Below, one piece after another: positions 61,322 through 64,000 of a stretch of 64,000 bases of DNA. The position numbers were made by a program, and so were the translations under genes. Origin of the DNA: Squalus acanthias (lineage: Eukaryota); NCBI GenBank assembly GCA_030390025.1, contig CM059432.1, positions 6,014,001 through 6,078,000 of the forward strand, given 5' to 3'. The stretch's first letter is position 1; each line of letters starts with the position of its first letter. The notes under the pieces are model-generated. The model was not told where the DNA came from. It saw only the letters and a list, made by a program, of their open reading frames with translations, and made no database searches.

Positions 61322-64000
61322 AAGGTGCAAGGGTCAAGGATGTCTCGGAGCAGCTGCAGGGCATTCTGGAGGGGGAGGGTGAACAGCCAGTTGTCGTGGT
61401 GCATATAGGTACCAACGATATAGGTAAAAAACGGGATGAGGTCCTAAAAGCTGAATATAGGGAGTTAGGAGGTAAATTAAAAAATAGGACCTCAAAAGGT
61501 AGTAATCTCAGGATTGCTACTGGTGCCACGTGCTAGTCAGAGTAGAAATAGAAGGATATCTCAGATGAATACGTGGCTAGAGGAATGGTGCAAGGGGGAG
61601 GGATTCAAATTCCTGGGACATTGGAACCGGTTCTGGGGGAGGTGGGACCAGTACAAATTGGACGGTTTGCACCTGGGCAGGACCGGGACCGATGTCCTAG
61701 GGGGAGTGTTTGCTAGTGCTGTTGGGGAGGGTTTAAACTAAAATAGCAGGGGGTTGGGAACCTGTGCAGGGAAACAGAGGAAAGGGAAGCAAGGATAGAA
61801 GCAAAAGACAGGAAGGAGAAAAGCAAAAGTGGAAGGCAGAGAAATCAAGGCTGTAAAGCAAACAGGGCTACAGTAAATAATAATTCTAAAGGGACTAAGA
61901 GTGTTAAAAAAACAAGCCTGAAGGCTTTGTGTCTTAATGTGAGGAGCATTCGTAATAAGGTGGATGAATTAGCTGCGCAAATAGATGTAAACTGATATGA
62001 TATAATTGGGATTACGGAGACATGGCTCCAGGGTGACCAAGGCTGGGAATTCAACATCCAGGGGTATTCAATATTCAGGAAGGACAGACAAAAAGGAAAA
62101 GGAGGTGGGGTAGCATTGCTGGTTAAAGAGGAGATTAACACAATAGTAAGGAAGGATATTAGCTCTGATGATGTGGAATCTGTATGGGTAGAGCTGAGAA
62201 ATACCAAGGGGCAGAAAACGTTAGTGGGAGTTGTATACAGACCCCCAAACAGTAATGCTGAGGTTGGGGATGGCATTAAACGGGAAATTAGAGACACGTG
62301 CAGTAAGGGCACAGCAGTTATCATGGGTGACTTTAATCTACATATAGATTGAGCTAACCAAATTAGTAACAATACTGTGGAGGAGGAATTCCTAGAGTGT
62401 ATACGAGATGGTTTCCTGGACCAATATGTCGAGGAACCAACTAGAGATCAGGCCATCTTAGACTGGGTATTATGTAATGAGAAAGGATTAATTAGCAATC
62501 TTGATGTGTGAGGTCCCTTGGGGAGGAGCGATCATAATATGATAGAATTCTTTATTAAGATGGAGAGTGAAGTAGTTGACTCAGAGACTAGGGTCCTGAA
62601 TTTAAATAAAGGAAACTACGATGGTATGAGGCGCGAGCTGGCTAGGATGGATTGGGGAGCATTACTTAAAGGGTTGACGGTGGATAGGCAATGGCAAACA
62701 TTTAAAGATCGCATGGATGAGCTACAGAATTTGTTCATCCCTGTTTGGCATAAAAATAAAACAAAAAAGGTGACTCAACCGTGGCTAACAAGAGAAATTA
62801 GGGATAGCATAAGATCCAAGGAGAGGACATATAAATTGGCCAGAAAAAGCAGCAAGCCTGAGGATTGGGAGCAGTTTAGGATTCAGCAAAGGAGGACAAA
62901 GGGATTAATTAAGAGGGGGAAAATAGAATATGAGAGTAAGCTTGCAGGGAACATAAGAACTGACTGTAAAAGCTTCTATAGATATGTGAAGAGAAAAAGA
63001 TTGGTGAAGTCAAGCGTAGGTCCCTTGCAGTCAGAATCAGGGGAATTTATAATGGGGAACAAAGAAATGGCAGACCAATTAAATACATACTTTGGTTCTG
63101 TCTTCACAAAGGAGGACACAAATAAACTCCCAGAGATGTCGGGGAACATAGGGTCTAATGAGAGGGAGGAATTGAATGAAATCACTATTTGTAGGGAAAC
63201 GGTGTTAGGGAAACTGACGGGATTGAAGACCGATAAATCCCCAGGGCCTGATAATCTACATCCTAGGGTACTTAAGCAAGTGGCCCTAGAAATAGTAGAT
63301 GCATTGCTGGTCATCTTCCAAAATTCTATAGACTCTGGAACAGTTCCCATGGATTGGAGGGTAGCTAATGTAACCCCACTATTTAAAAAAGGTGGGAGAG
63401 AGAAAACGGGGAATTATAGACCGGTAAGCCTGACATCGGTAGTGGGCAAAATGCTAGAGTCCATTATAAAAGATGTAATAGCAGAGCACTTGGAAAACAG
63501 TGACAGGATCGGACAAAGTCAACATGGATTTACAAAAGGTAAATCATGCCTGACGAATCTACTGGAACTTTTTGAGGATGTAACTGGTAGAATAGATAAG
63601 GGAGAAACAGTGGATGTGGTGTATTTGGACTTTCAGAAGGCTTTCGATAAGGTCCCGCATAAGAGATTAGCGTGCAAAGTTAAAGCACACGGGATTGGGG
63701 GTGAGGTACTGATTTGGATAGAGAACTGGTTGGCAGACAGGAAGCAAAGAGTTGGAATAAACGGGTCTTTTTCCGAGTGGCAGGCAGTGACTAGTGGGGT
63801 ACCACAGGGCTCGGTGCTAGGACCCCAGCTATTCACAATATATATATATATAAATGATCTAGACGCGGAACCAGATGTAATATCTCCAAGTTTGCAGACG
63901 ACACAAAGCTGGGTGGGCGTGTGAGTTGGGAGGAGGATGCAGAGAAACTCCAGTATGATTTGGACAGTTTGGGTGATTGGGCAGATGCATGGCAGATGCA
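61322..64000 (+). mobile_element. CR1 LINE: ORF1 esterase half, APE and RT; runs off window end
   Basis: VVHIGTND, DGLHL, YRPPNS, GDFN, SDHN, 468-codon ORF 62518-63924 with RT motifs. Confidence 0.96.

Noticed and set aside
1..64000. CRISPR array, rRNA, prokaryotic operon
   Set aside because: No regularly spaced repeats, rRNA motifs or dense coding; sequence is eukaryotic

Overview
Repeat-dense vertebrate genomic DNA; the repeat repertoire points to a cartilaginous fish such as a shark (inference). The window is dominated by retroelements: many CR1 LINEs (one essentially full length with an esterase-type ORF1), a second CR1-group LINE family, L2, RTE, a Vingi-like LINE, Penelope-like elements with GIY-YIG domains and minimal hammerhead ribozymes, Deu-domain and meta-type SINEs, and a solo LTR. 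It also holds DNA transposons: a complete Tigger/pogo element with two frameshifts and several Harbinger derivatives. Most ORFs in the supplied track are transposon fragments or their antisense shadows. Between the repeats I can read four phase-compatible candidate exons of an unidentified minus-strand gene (39425 to 5985), so much of the window is probably intronic. Highlights: (i) hammerhead ribozyme motifs in Penelope termini; (ii) two tiny related insertions with 13-bp target duplications, one forming a perfect 80-bp palindrome; (iii) an inverted repeat looping out one candidate exon; (iv) a LINE that appears to start with a SINE head. Family names come from recalled motifs, not database searches, and boundaries of degenerate repeats are approximate.
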